Shown piece by piece: positions 1 through 9,249 of a DNA stretch of 64,000 nucleotides; within the stretch, counting starts at the first letter, position 1; each line of letters opens with the position of its first letter. The stretch lies in contig CAMKPL010000002.1 of the NCBI GenBank assembly GCA_946414655.1, positions 616 to 64,615 of the forward strand, in the 5' to 3' direction. The position numbers and the translations under genes are program-made. The stretch comes from an uncultured Bacillales bacterium (GTDB lineage Bacteria > Bacillota_I > Bacilli_A > RFN20 > CAG-826). Under the pieces are notes generated by a model, which ran no database searches, was not told the origin of the DNA, and saw only the letters and a program-made list of their open reading frames with translations.

Positions 1-477
1 TACGTCCGTGTGGAGTGTCAACAACAACTCCATAGGCATCAGGAATGGAGTGGGTCACATAGAAGAAGGAGACTTTAAAATCTCCAATATTTAAAACGGT
101 ATTCTCATCGTATTCTACGATGTTGATTTCTTCGCGAATACGGTGGTCTTGTAGTTTGTGTTTAATTAGTGCTGCGGCAAGTTTTGGAGCATAAATCACC
201 GGGACATGAACGTTTTGAACAAGGAACGGAATTGCTCCGATGTGGTCTTCGTGTCCATGAGTAATGATTAGTGCTTTTAATTTTTGACGAGCGGAACGAA
301 TTTTTTGGTAATCAGGAATAACAAAAGAAACTCCTGGGTGGTTTTCATCTGGAAACATGACGCCAGCATCAATGATGATTAAAGATTCATCAGACTCAAT
401 ACAATAAGTATTTTTGCCAACTTCACAAAGTCCACCTAGTGCATAAATAGAAACTGGGCCTTGAGTTGTATCCATTT
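1..477 (-). CDS. rnj: Ribonuclease J (metallo-beta-lactamase/beta-CASP RNase), N-terminal part; the gene continues past the window start
   Basis: Translating the minus strand from the ATG at 475-477 gives MDTTQGPVSIYALGGLCEVGKN...IITHGHEDHIGAIPFL. The HGHEDH zinc-binding motif and the RNase J N-terminal pattern are both present. Confidence 0.8.
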
Positions 478-580
478 CAAACCTCCTTTCAAATAAAATG
501 GTTTCAAGTTGATAGACGAATTATCTTCGTTGAATTTATGTTAAATTTATAATAATTGAATTGTATTAAAGATACAAGAA

Positions 581-1141
581 TTAGATGATTTCAGAGTTTT
601 CAATTCTCTCAAATGGGTCTTTTTTGTTGATGTGATCATAGAAAAGAACACCATCTAAGTGATCTAACTCATGTTGAAGAACAATTGATTCATAACCTCG
701 AGCGGTAATGAAAACTTCTTTCTTTTGTTTCGCATCGAAAGCTTTAACGATAATTTTGTAAGGACGATAAACATATCCTGGATGAGCATCATCAACTGAT
801 AAACAGCCTTCTCCTCCAGAAAGAGCGACTTTCTTCACTGATTCAGAAACGATCTTTGGATTAATTAAGCGGTGGTCAATTTCAACCTCTTTGTCATCAA
901 CATAATCCTTATAATAAACAACAAGCATACGTATGTTTTGACCAATTTGTGGTGCAGCTAAACCAACACCTTCACGAATGTGGTGTTTTTCGGCGTATTC
1001 TTGGTCTTGCGAAAGAACTAAATAATCATGCATTTCATCAATTAGTTGAAGAATTGCTGGATCATTTGGATTTTCAACAACTTCGCATTTCTTTCTTAAA
1101 GAAGGGATTTTGTCTTTAACGATTTTAAATACTTTCGACAT
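581..1141 (-). CDS. def: Peptide deformylase
   Basis: The three PDF signature motifs are present: GLAAPQIG, EGCLS and QHELDHLDG. Length is 186 aa. Confidence 0.85.
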   Translation of the reverse strand: MSKVFKIVKDKIPSLRKKCEVVENPNDPAILQLIDEMHDYLVLSQDQEYAEKHHIREGVGLAAPQIGQNIRMLVVYYKDYVDDKEVEIDHRLINPKIVSESVKKVALSGGEGCLSVDDAHPGYVYRPYKIIVKAFDAKQKKEVFITARGYESIVLQHELDHLDGVLFYDHINKKDPFERIENSEII

Positions 1142-1175
1142 GCGATTATTGTATCACTATTGATACAAAAATGGT

Positions 1176-1541
1176 ATGATTAAAAACATGAATAGCACCC
1201 TTTATGAAGAACTTTGTAAGTTACGTGATCAGATGAAAAATGATCCTCGTTTTATTAAACTTCATGAACTTGATGAAAAACTTAATCAAGATGAAGAAGT
1301 AATGAAACTTGCTTATCAAAAAGAGATGGCAATTGTTGCTTATGAAGACGCTTTAAATCACTATGGAAAAAATAGTGAAGAACTCAAAAAAGCCCAGCAA
1401 AATTTGGCTAAATGTAAATTAAACCTTGATAATCACCCTCTCGTTAAAGAGTATTATTTAGCATTACAAAAAGTTCGGGAAATGGACCGCAAAGTTAATG
1501 AAAAACTGTTTGATGAATTTCAAACAAAAGAGGTGAAATAA
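1176..1541 (+). CDS. YlbF/YmcA-family (UPF0342) regulatory protein
   Basis: A 121-aa helical protein sitting immediately upstream of rsmD-coaD, as ylbF does in Bacillus. Both composition and synteny fit. The real start may be the internal Met at about 1188. Confidence 0.5.
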   Translation: MIKNMNSTLYEELCKLRDQMKNDPRFIKLHELDEKLNQDEEVMKLAYQKEMAIVAYEDALNHYGKNSEELKKAQQNLAKCKLNLDNHPLVKEYYLALQKVREMDRKVNEKLFDEFQTKEVK

Positions 1542-2071
1542 TGATCCGCATCACAGGTGGAAAACATCGTTCGAGGAAGATAGTGACTCCGGATACTATG
1601 CTTACCAAACCAACTATGGATAAAGTCCGTGCTGGTGTTTTTAATGCTCTTGGAAATAACCTTGTAGGAAAAAGTGTGTTAGATCTCTTTTGTGGTTCGG
1701 GTTCCTATGGATTTGAAGCAATTTCTCGCGGAGCATCCTTTGTAACATTTGTTGATCATACCAAATTTAGTAAAGATGCTGTTTTGATTAATGCCGAAAC
1801 ACTTCATGAAGAAGACTTTGAGTTCGTTTTTGAAGATGCTATTTCATATACTAATGAAACAAATCAAAAATTTGATCTTATTTTTATGGATCCACCATAC
1901 AAATTAGATGTCATTGCATCTGTTCTTTCAGTCATTGAAAAGCGTGGTTTAATAAACAAAGATGGAGCGATAATTGTTGAAAGTGAGCACGAAATCTCTT
2001 TTAATGAAACATACAAAGACATTCGACACTATGTCTATGGTCTTGCTCACGTTTATATTTTGAGGAAATAA
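1541..2071 (+). CDS. rsmD: 16S rRNA (guanine966-N2)-methyltransferase RsmD
   Basis: N-terminal RITGGKHRSRKI, a LFCGSGSYGFEAISRGA SAM-binding motif and DPPY; 176 aa; conserved position upstream of coaD. Confidence 0.75.
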   Translation: MIRITGGKHRSRKIVTPDTMLTKPTMDKVRAGVFNALGNNLVGKSVLDLFCGSGSYGFEAISRGASFVTFVDHTKFSKDAVLINAETLHEEDFEFVFEDAISYTNETNQKFDLIFMDPPYKLDVIASVLSVIEKRGLINKDGAIIVESEHEISFNETYKDIRHYVYGLAHVYILRK

Positions 2072-2073
2072 AT

Positions 2074-2550
2074 ATGAAAAGAATTGCGATATATCCAGGT
2101 TCATTTGATCCGATTACCAATGGTCATCTTGATATCTTAAAGAGAGCCTCAAAGGCCTTCGATGAAATCATTGTTCTTGTTGCTGAAAATGATGAGAAAC
2201 ATTCTCGATTCACAGTTAAAGAACGCTTAGAGATGATTAAAGGTGCTCTTAAAGGTATCGAAAATGTAAAAGTGGATTCCACTAAAGGATTAACCGTGAA
2301 ATATGCAAAAGATCATGGGGCAAAATTCCTCATCCGTGGATTAAGAGCTGTCAGTGATTTTGAATATGAATTCACTTTAAACGCCGCTAATGAATATATT
2401 GATCACGACATTGATACGGTCTACTTTATGTCGACTATCGGTCATAACTTTATTTCTTCTAGTTATATTGATTCTTTATATAGTAGCGGAGTTGATATTA
2501 CTCCGCTGGTTCCGAAATCAGTCGTGGAAATGTATAAACAAAAAAAGTAA
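2074..2550 (+). CDS. coaD: Phosphopantetheine adenylyltransferase
   Basis: MKRIAIYPGSFDPITNGHLDI, i.e. the (T/H)xGH nucleotidyltransferase motif; 158 aa. Confidence 0.9.
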   Translation: MKRIAIYPGSFDPITNGHLDILKRASKAFDEIIVLVAENDEKHSRFTVKERLEMIKGALKGIENVKVDSTKGLTVKYAKDHGAKFLIRGLRAVSDFEYEFTLNAANEYIDHDIDTVYFMSTIGHNFISSSYIDSLYSSGVDITPLVPKSVVEMYKQKK

Positions 2551-2586
2551 GTCATCGCGACTTACTTTTTATTAATTATATTATAA

Positions 2587-3387
2587 TTAATTTCTTTCGA
2601 ATTTGCCTTGGTGTGTCCAGGCATCGTAGATAAATTCAGCTTTGTTCGCGTCAGAGTTGCCGCTGGTGCCAACTTCCTCAACGCTGATGAAGACATCGGT
2701 AACACCTTTTAGAGCTGAGTCGTGCTTCTCACTGAAGTCGATCAAGATTGTTGTTGGTGTACGGATATCTTCTGGGTCACAGTTGATGATGCCATAGATT
2801 TGATCATCAGTGATACCCTTGTTGAGATAGTATGGACTATCGTAGGCTTGTGCGCCAACTTCTTCAAAGAAGTCGGTGTGTTGTTCCATGTATTGGATAT
2901 ATGCTGTTTTATCACTATCAGAGCCATCGGTCATCACTTCATCAGTGAAGATGGTGACTAAGTGGAAATCTCCCATGTCATTTGCATAGAGTGTTTTGAA
3001 GTTGTCTTCGAAGTATTCGAAGCCACCCTTTGCGCGGTTGCATTCATCACATGTTTCAGCAACAAACATGAGGAAGAACTTATCACCTAAACCGTAAGAT
3101 TTATCAATCTTGTTTTCTTGGCTATGGATAGAATCCATGATTTGGGTAGTGAGCTTTGAAGCAGCGCTATCTTCGCCACCAGCAAGTGATACTTGGAACT
3201 GACGATAGTATGTTTCCGCGGAGTCAGCTTTCGCTTTAGCATCTTTGATCGCATTGTAGATTGGTTTGATGGAGAACATAATACCGAAAATGAGGCCAAC
3301 AATTAATAATGGTTGAACCCATGCGGTTTCTCTAATCCAACGCCAAATTCTGGCGAAGAACGCTCCTATTGCTCTTAATACGATCAT
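2587..3387 (-). CDS. Hypothetical N-terminally membrane-anchored protein with a CxxC (CDEC) motif, possibly thioredoxin-like
   Basis: One N-terminal TM helix (LLIVGLIFGIMFSI), then an acidic soluble domain containing ETCDECNRAK. No further family assignment is possible by eye. Confidence 0.4.
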   Translation of the reverse strand: MIVLRAIGAFFARIWRWIRETAWVQPLLIVGLIFGIMFSIKPIYNAIKDAKAKADSAETYYRQFQVSLAGGEDSAASKLTTQIMDSIHSQENKIDKSYGLGDKFFLMFVAETCDECNRAKGGFEYFEDNFKTLYANDMGDFHLVTIFTDEVMTDGSDSDKTAYIQYMEQHTDFFEEVGAQAYDSPYYLNKGITDDQIYGIINCDPEDIRTPTTILIDFSEKHDSALKGVTDVFISVEEVGTSGNSDANKAEFIYDAWTHQGKFERN

Positions 3388-3532
3388 TTTGCTTACCCCC
3401 TAAACGCGGTGAGTGTATTTTAACACTATATAAATATAGTTGCAACATTGTTTTTTGTCAAAGACATTTTATGTCTCTTTTTACGGATTTTTCTATGATT
3501 TTTGATGAAGTAGTAATACAATATTTGCGTTA

Positions 3533-4564
3533 TTGATTATGAAACACAAACATTCTTTACAAGAACGCTATCAATCCTATCTTTATAACCATTTATGGTT
3601 AAAGTTTGCTGTGGACTATGGAACAGCTTTCCTCGCTTCTGTGGTTTCTGCAGCGATTTTTGCTTTCGGAATCGTATGTTTCATGAATCCAACATTAACA
3701 GGTGGTCAGACAACTCTTGAACTCGTTTCTGGAGGTTCCTCCGGTCTTGCGCAGGTTATCGCCTCGTTACTGCGAGTGTGCGGTGTAGATATCGAACCGG
3801 GCAATACATTGTTTTTCTCTATTGCTTATCTTGTTGTGAATGCTCCACTTATTGTTCTTGCATTTAAAGGAATTGGCGTTAGATTTGCAACGTTTACAGT
3901 TATAAACGTCTTGTTTGTGTTCCTTTTCTCAAATATTTTTAAAGGTCAATTCTTCCAAGAAATTGCCACAATTATTAATACTCATGGCGGTTTCCTATCA
4001 CGTGCCTTATTTGCCGGAATGTGCACAGGCTTAAGTAGCGCGATTGCCTACAAATTTGAAACAAGTGCAGGTGGATTTGACATCGTTAGTTATTATGTTT
4101 CTTTAAGAAAATCCACAACTGCTGGTAAGTATAGTGTCATTATTAACGCCATAATTATTGCTGCATTCTATTTAATGTATGGATTTTCTGGTGCTGAATT
4201 TGATGATTATTCGAGCTGGGGAATTGCGGTTGCTTGTGTCTTCTTCTCCATTGTTTATTTGTTTACGGTTATGTTGGTTGTTGATGCCATCAATATCCGA
4301 AACAAAAAGGTTCAGATTGAGATTAATACCACAAATAGCGATTTGCCAAGCATGTTACTTGCTCGTATTCCACATGGTTTAACAGTTGTTAAAGCAAAAG
4401 GTGGTTATTCTGGACAAGATCGTTTGTTAATCTATGTCGTTGTTTCTTCATTAGAAATGAAGAGTGCGATAAAATTAATTAAAGAAGTTGATCCTTCAAG
4501 CTTTGTTACAGTGAAATCACTTGTACAAGTTTATGGACGTTTCTTCTCCCAAAAAATTAGATAA
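3533..4564 (+). CDS. YitT-family membrane protein (DUF161/DUF2179)
   Basis: Multi-TM N-terminal region with GGFDIVSYY-like motifs, followed by a C-terminal soluble DUF2179-like domain (AKGGYSGQDRLLIYVVV). Confidence 0.55.
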   Translation: MIMKHKHSLQERYQSYLYNHLWLKFAVDYGTAFLASVVSAAIFAFGIVCFMNPTLTGGQTTLELVSGGSSGLAQVIASLLRVCGVDIEPGNTLFFSIAYLVVNAPLIVLAFKGIGVRFATFTVINVLFVFLFSNIFKGQFFQEIATIINTHGGFLSRALFAGMCTGLSSAIAYKFETSAGGFDIVSYYVSLRKSTTAGKYSVIINAIIIAAFYLMYGFSGAEFDDYSSWGIAVACVFFSIVYLFTVMLVVDAINIRNKKVQIEINTTNSDLPSMLLARIPHGLTVVKAKGGYSGQDRLLIYVVVSSLEMKSAIKLIKEVDPSSFVTVKSLVQVYGRFFSQKIR

Positions 4565-5073
4565 TGAGTAAGAAAAGAATTGTTATCAAATGGATTATTT
4601 TTGGACTAGCCATCGCTATTAATGTTTTCATTTTGGTTAATGGCTTTTTAAATGGTGATGTTTCTAAGCAAGAATCTGATGGTTTTTCTCGTGCAGCAGC
4701 GGATGTTATTAATTCTATTTCTGAGAACACAATTACAGAAAAAAACTTTCCTGCATTCGCCGGATTCAACCGTAAACTTTTTGGTCATTTTCTTTTATTC
4801 ACAACTAGCGGTTTAGCATCAACATTTTCTATTCATGATTTTGTTAAACATCCAAAACTTAGGAAGTCATATTTTGTTTTAGCTTTTTCAATGGTTTTCG
4901 GAGTGTTGATGGCTGTGCTCTCCGAACTTGCTCAATTAGCAACAAATGGACGAGCATTTTCTGGTATTGATATTCTCATCGATTCAGGTGGATATTTGCT
5001 TGGTGCGATCATCATTTTTCTTCCTTTGTTTGTTAAAGAAATCAAAAAGAAAAATATTAAGGTTTTGGAGTAA
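4564..5073 (+). CDS. Small polytopic membrane protein, VanZ-like
   Basis: 169 aa with four predicted TM segments and a stop/start overlap with the upstream gene. The VanZ-like call rests on size and topology only. Confidence 0.35.
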   Translation: MSKKRIVIKWIIFGLAIAINVFILVNGFLNGDVSKQESDGFSRAAADVINSISENTITEKNFPAFAGFNRKLFGHFLLFTTSGLASTFSIHDFVKHPKLRKSYFVLAFSMVFGVLMAVLSELAQLATNGRAFSGIDILIDSGGYLLGAIIIFLPLFVKEIKKKNIKVLE

Positions 5074-5156
5074 AATTACTAGCAATTCTTGGATAATTTT
5101 GATAATTTCGGTATAAAAAAAGATCCCGATTTTTTATTGTTTTTCAGGATCATTTT

Positions 5157-5247
5157 TGGCGGAGAAAGAGGGATTTGAACCCCCGCGAAGCTTGCACCTC
5201 CTACCGGTTTTCGAAACCAGCCCCTTCAGCCGCTTGGGTATTTCTCC
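5157..5247 (-). tRNA. tRNA-Ser (anticodon CGA), long variable arm
   Basis: The reverse complement reads GGAGAAATACCCAAG...CTGGTTTCGAAAACCGG...GGGGGTTCAAATCCCTCTTTCTCCGCCA. This gives a cloverleaf with a 7-bp acceptor stem, anticodon loop ttCGAaa and an encoded CCA. A TATAAT -10 box lies 11 nt upstream on the minus strand. Confidence 0.8.
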
Positions 5248-5372
5248 GGCTGGCGATTATTATATCATATCAACTGATAGTTTGTATAAGAAACTGTTTG
5301 GTCTATAATTCGCTCTAATCTTTGATTATTTAGGCTTATTTTTACAACAATTGTTGTATATAAAATAATCAC

Positions 5373-7112
5373 GTGTATAATATTTCCATGCGGATTTTTG
5401 TGGATGCTGAATTAAATAAATATCTCTTCTTAGGAGGACTTTTATTAATTGTCCTTCTTTTGCTTGGTATTGTCATTTCCTTTGTTATCAGCAAAAGAAG
5501 TGACATGATTTTTGCGGGAAAAATTCAGGATTCTTCAAACTCAATTCGTGTCTTTAGACTTGATATTCAAAACGACAAAACAGACTACTACAACGCAGCT
5601 TCGATTCGTCGTCGCCGTAGTTCGACATTAACTAATTTTTATAATATGTTCCCATCAGATGAACGTGAACGTCTCATTGAATGGGTTGGCGCACTTTTAG
5701 ATAAAGAAGCGAATGCTCCACAAACACTAGAGATTAGTGTTATTGTTCATCGCAATCGCAAAAAATACTTCACATTATTGCAAGTAACTAAGATTGATTA
5801 CGAAAACCAAATCATTCACCTTGAATCACACCTTTTACGATTCATGAACGTATCTCGCTCGAGACGCAATCATGAAGGGTTTTATAAATTCTCAACACAA
5901 ATTGGACTTTCAGCCACACTAAAAGAGAAGGCTAATCGTGGATTTACGTGTTGCGTAAAATTCTTTTTAAAGAATTCATTAGATAAAATTTCACATCTAG
6001 ACTTTGTTACTCTAAAGAACGCTCTTGTTCCATTTATTACCAAAGATCGAATGATGATTGAATACGGTGAAGATGAAATTTTCATCACCGATTTTAAGGC
6101 ATCAATCCGTGGGCAAGTAGTTCAAACGCTACACACCATTGAAACTGAAATGCGTCGTCGCATGTCTGTTCATTCAACTATTGAATACTTGGGTTATTCA
6201 ATTGCCATTATCGAAAACAAACTTCTTAATTCGGATCTTGAACGCATTATTCAAGAAGGCGAACGCTTGGCTGTTGTAGCCCAGGAAGAAGGCTTATCAT
6301 ATCTCTTCTATGAAGAAAATGGAGAAGCTATAACTCCAATTAATTCACAGAATTATCGAACAGAAGTCGAACGTATTATCTATGATAAACGTTTCCAATA
6401 TTTATATCGTCCAATTTATGATGTTGGTCGAAAGAGAACGATTGGTTATGAAACCATAATTAAACCTCTTGATTCATTCTTTGGATCAATTGAAGAATTA
6501 AAATCATATGCTTTTAAGACCAACGATGACCGTGAACTTTTCTCAACGATTGCTCGAAACTCAATTTCTCGATTTATCCAGCAAAAATCAGAGAAAAACC
6601 ACTCCTTGTTCTTTGATGTGAGTTATAACGAGATTGCTTTTGTGGCTCGCACTTTATCACATATTAGCGGAATTAAAGAAACAAAAGTTGTCATTTGTAT
6701 TGCTGAACAAGACTTCCTTGATTTGCCATCAATGTCAACTGAGTCAGTTATTGCGATGATCACCAACCTCCGTTCTAATGGATATGCTGCCGCATTAAAA
6801 CTTAAAGATAGCAGCGATCTAACGTTACTTCCAAAAATTTACGAGAGCTTTGACTATTTTATTATTGAATCAGAAGCTCAACTAAGCAACCGTTCATTGA
6901 ACAGGTTACCAATTTTCCAAAACCTGATTGAAAATCTTCTCAAATTTAACAAAGTTCTTGTTGCAAATAATATGACTTCTTGGGATTCTGTCGAACTTTT
7001 AGTTCGATTAGGAGTTGAAATTGTTTCTAGCGAGGTTATTGGACCAAGTGATGAAAACGTTTTGCCAATCGCCAAGAAGACAATGTTAAAACTAAATAAA
7101 ATACTTGATTAG
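5373..7112 (+). CDS. Membrane-anchored protein with a degenerate EAL-like (c-di-GMP phosphodiesterase-like) C-terminal domain
   Basis: N-terminal TM helix. The C-terminal ~250 aa has the EAL-domain outline (FQYLYRPIYDVGRKRTIGYETIIKP...KVLVANNMTSWDSVELLVRLGVEIVSS) but lacks the catalytic EAL/DDFGTG signatures. Confidence 0.45.
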   Translation: MYNISMRIFVDAELNKYLFLGGLLLIVLLLLGIVISFVISKRSDMIFAGKIQDSSNSIRVFRLDIQNDKTDYYNAASIRRRRSSTLTNFYNMFPSDERERLIEWVGALLDKEANAPQTLEISVIVHRNRKKYFTLLQVTKIDYENQIIHLESHLLRFMNVSRSRRNHEGFYKFSTQIGLSATLKEKANRGFTCCVKFFLKNSLDKISHLDFVTLKNALVPFITKDRMMIEYGEDEIFITDFKASIRGQVVQTLHTIETEMRRRMSVHSTIEYLGYSIAIIENKLLNSDLERIIQEGERLAVVAQEEGLSYLFYEENGEAITPINSQNYRTEVERIIYDKRFQYLYRPIYDVGRKRTIGYETIIKPLDSFFGSIEELKSYAFKTNDDRELFSTIARNSISRFIQQKSEKNHSLFFDVSYNEIAFVARTLSHISGIKETKVVICIAEQDFLDLPSMSTESVIAMITNLRSNGYAAALKLKDSSDLTLLPKIYESFDYFIIESEAQLSNRSLNRLPIFQNLIENLLKFNKVLVANNMTSWDSVELLVRLGVEIVSSEVIGPSDENVLPIAKKTMLKLNKILD

Positions 7113-7130
7113 AATCAAAGGAGATAGTTT

Positions 7131-8561
7131 ATGGCACAACTTAAAAACGAATCAATTACTCGCCAGGAAGACGATTTCGCCCAATGGTATACGGACGTCT
7201 GTAAAAAAGCCGAACTAATGGACTATAGTTCCGTTAAAGGCTTTATCATTTATCGTCCATATGGCTATGCCATTTGGGAAGAAATTCAACATTATTTAGA
7301 TGCTAAATTTAAAAATGTTGGTGTAGAAAATGTCTATATGCCTTTAGTTATCCCTAGTTCATTGTTCCAAAAAGAAAAAGACCATGTAAGTGGTTTTGCT
7401 CCGGAAACTTTGATTGCTACAATTGGCGGTAAAAACAAACTTGATGATGAATTAATTATTCGTCCAACAAGCGAGGTCCTTTTCTGCGAACATTATAAAA
7501 ACATTATCGAATCTTATCGTGATCTTCCAAAACGTTATAACCAATGGTGCAGCGTTGTTCGTTGGGAAAAGACCACTCGCCCTTTCCTAAGAGGAAGCGA
7601 ATTCCTTTGGCAAGAAGGTCATACTATGTATGAAAGCGAAGAAGAAGCTCGAAAAGATGCTTTAAGAATGCTGGAAATCTATGATGAAATGGGTCGCGAT
7701 TTACTTGCTGTTCCATTTGTCAAAGGCATTAAGACTGATAAAGAAAAGTTTGCTGGTGCCAAAGAAACATATTCTATCGAAGCATTGATGCCAGATGGTA
7801 AGGCACTTCAAAGCGGAACCACGCACTATTTTGGAGATGGTTTTGCAAAGGCATTTGGCATTTCTTTCTCTAATAGAGAAAATAAACTTCAAACCCCTTA
7901 TCAAACTTCTTGGGGAGTTTCGACAAGACTTCTTGGTTCCATCATTATGGTTCATGGAGATGACAATGGTTTAGTTCTTCCACCAAAGGTGGCTCCTGTT
8001 CAAGTTGTCATTATTCCTGTAATGATGAAAAATCCAGAAGTGATTAAGAAAGCTAAAGAATACTACGAACTTCTTAAGAAGGCTGGTGTTCGTGTCAAAC
8101 TTGATGACTCTGATCGTTCACCAGGCTGGAAATACGCAGAATATGAAATGAAAGGTATTCCACTTCGTTTAGAAGTTGGTCCACGAGATATCGCTAATGG
8201 TGTTTGTGTATTAGCTAAACGTAACGATGGTACAAAACTTGTGACCAAAGAAGAAGACGTGGTGAAGGAAGTTTCTCGCTTAATGGAAGTCATCCATAAA
8301 GAGATGTATCAAAAAGCCTTCAAGTATCTTCTCGATCACACAACAGAAGCACACTCCATTGAGGAACTTGGAGAAATCTTAGACCGTGGTGGATATGCAA
8401 AAGTAATGTGGTGTGGCGACCAAGCGTGCGAAGATAAAATCAAAGAACTTTATCAAGCCACAGCCCGTTGCTTACCATTTGACCAAGTGCCATTCGAACA
8501 CAAGTGTTTAGTCTGTGGTAAGAAGGCTGAAAAAGTCGTTTTCTTTGCTCGAGCTTATTAA
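7131..8561 (+). CDS. proS: Prolyl-tRNA synthetase, archaeal/eukaryote-like short form
   Basis: 476 aa carrying class II motifs and a C-terminal zinc-binding CxxC...CxxC. Length and sequence fit the archaeal-type ProRS found in many Firmicutes. Confidence 0.9.
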   Translation: MAQLKNESITRQEDDFAQWYTDVCKKAELMDYSSVKGFIIYRPYGYAIWEEIQHYLDAKFKNVGVENVYMPLVIPSSLFQKEKDHVSGFAPETLIATIGGKNKLDDELIIRPTSEVLFCEHYKNIIESYRDLPKRYNQWCSVVRWEKTTRPFLRGSEFLWQEGHTMYESEEEARKDALRMLEIYDEMGRDLLAVPFVKGIKTDKEKFAGAKETYSIEALMPDGKALQSGTTHYFGDGFAKAFGISFSNRENKLQTPYQTSWGVSTRLLGSIIMVHGDDNGLVLPPKVAPVQVVIIPVMMKNPEVIKKAKEYYELLKKAGVRVKLDDSDRSPGWKYAEYEMKGIPLRLEVGPRDIANGVCVLAKRNDGTKLVTKEEDVVKEVSRLMEVIHKEMYQKAFKYLLDHTTEAHSIEELGEILDRGGYAKVMWCGDQACEDKIKELYQATARCLPFDQVPFEHKCLVCGKKAEKVVFFARAY

Positions 8562-8574
8562 TCAGCAAAAAATT

Positions 8575-8607
8575 AAAAAGAACCAGGATTTGCTGGTTCT
8601 TTTTTTG
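8575..8607. terminator. Bidirectional rho-independent terminator between convergent proS and the NUDIX gene
   Basis: aaaaagAACCAGgatttgCTGGTTCttttttt: a perfect 7-bp stem flanked by A- and T-runs. Confidence 0.65.
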
Positions 8608-8622
8608 CAATTCTTGAATAAT

Positions 8623-9153
8623 TTATTTTAATAATTCGTAGATTTTTAGAAAGTCGTTACTAAGCGGATATTTTTCTAAATCGGGTTCTTTAATGAAGAA
8701 TATTTGTCCTTCTTTTGATGACTTAATTTCACCTTCATAATGCTTTGTTTTAAATAACATCGCAAGATGACGAACATCATCTCCAAAGTTGTTCCATTCT
8801 ATATATCCGCGCGGTTCTAGATTTGAAACAGTAAGTCCTGTTTCTTCTTTCATTTCGCGAAGAACCGCATCTGTAATCATCTCATGATCTTCGACATGAC
8901 CGCCAGGAAATGTTAGACCTGGCCAGTCTTTTTTAAGGCGGTTTAAAACAAGGAATGAGCCATCATCTTTATAAACCATACACATAACAGTCAATTTGGT
9001 TCTCTTTTGGTGGTGGGATTGATCTTTTTTGATAAATTCCGCATTAAATCCGTTTTCGATCATATATCTATTATTTATTAAATATAGAAAAATAAAAAGA
9101 CCAAGCATTTGCTTAGTCTTCCATCTGGCGGAGCAGATGGGGTTCGAACCCAT
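8623..9153 (-). CDS. NUDIX hydrolase
   Basis: Nudix box GGHVEDHEMITDAVLREMKEETGL (GX5EX7REUXEEXGU). Confidence 0.8.
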   Translation of the reverse strand: MGSNPICSARWKTKQMLGLFIFLYLINNRYMIENGFNAEFIKKDQSHHQKRTKLTVMCMVYKDDGSFLVLNRLKKDWPGLTFPGGHVEDHEMITDAVLREMKEETGLTVSNLEPRGYIEWNNFGDDVRHLAMLFKTKHYEGEIKSSKEGQIFFIKEPDLEKYPLSNDFLKIYELLK

Positions 9154-9216
9154 GCACCGGTAACCCGATCTAACGGTTTAGCAAACCGTCCCCTTGAGCC
9201 TCTTGGGTACTGCTCC
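9126..9216 (-). tRNA. tRNA-Ser (anticodon GCU)
   Basis: The reverse complement reads GGAGCAGTACCCAAGAGGCTCAAGGGGACGGTTTGCTAAACCGTT...GGGTTCGAACCCCATCTGCTCCGCCA, with a long variable arm and anticodon loop ttGCTaa. Confidence 0.8.
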
Positions 9217-9249
9217 AGCGATATGTATTATATCAAAGATTAATAAATA

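Noticed and set aside
2390-2575. 61-aa ORF overlapping the 3' end of coaD in another frame
   Set aside because: Hydrophobic low-complexity translation of an AT-rich region, with no RBS; it is contained within a conserved gene.
5120-5156. Possible terminator hairpin between the VanZ-like gene and tRNA-Ser
   Set aside because: The stem is only 5 bp (GATCC/GGATC) with a ~20-nt loop; too weak to call.
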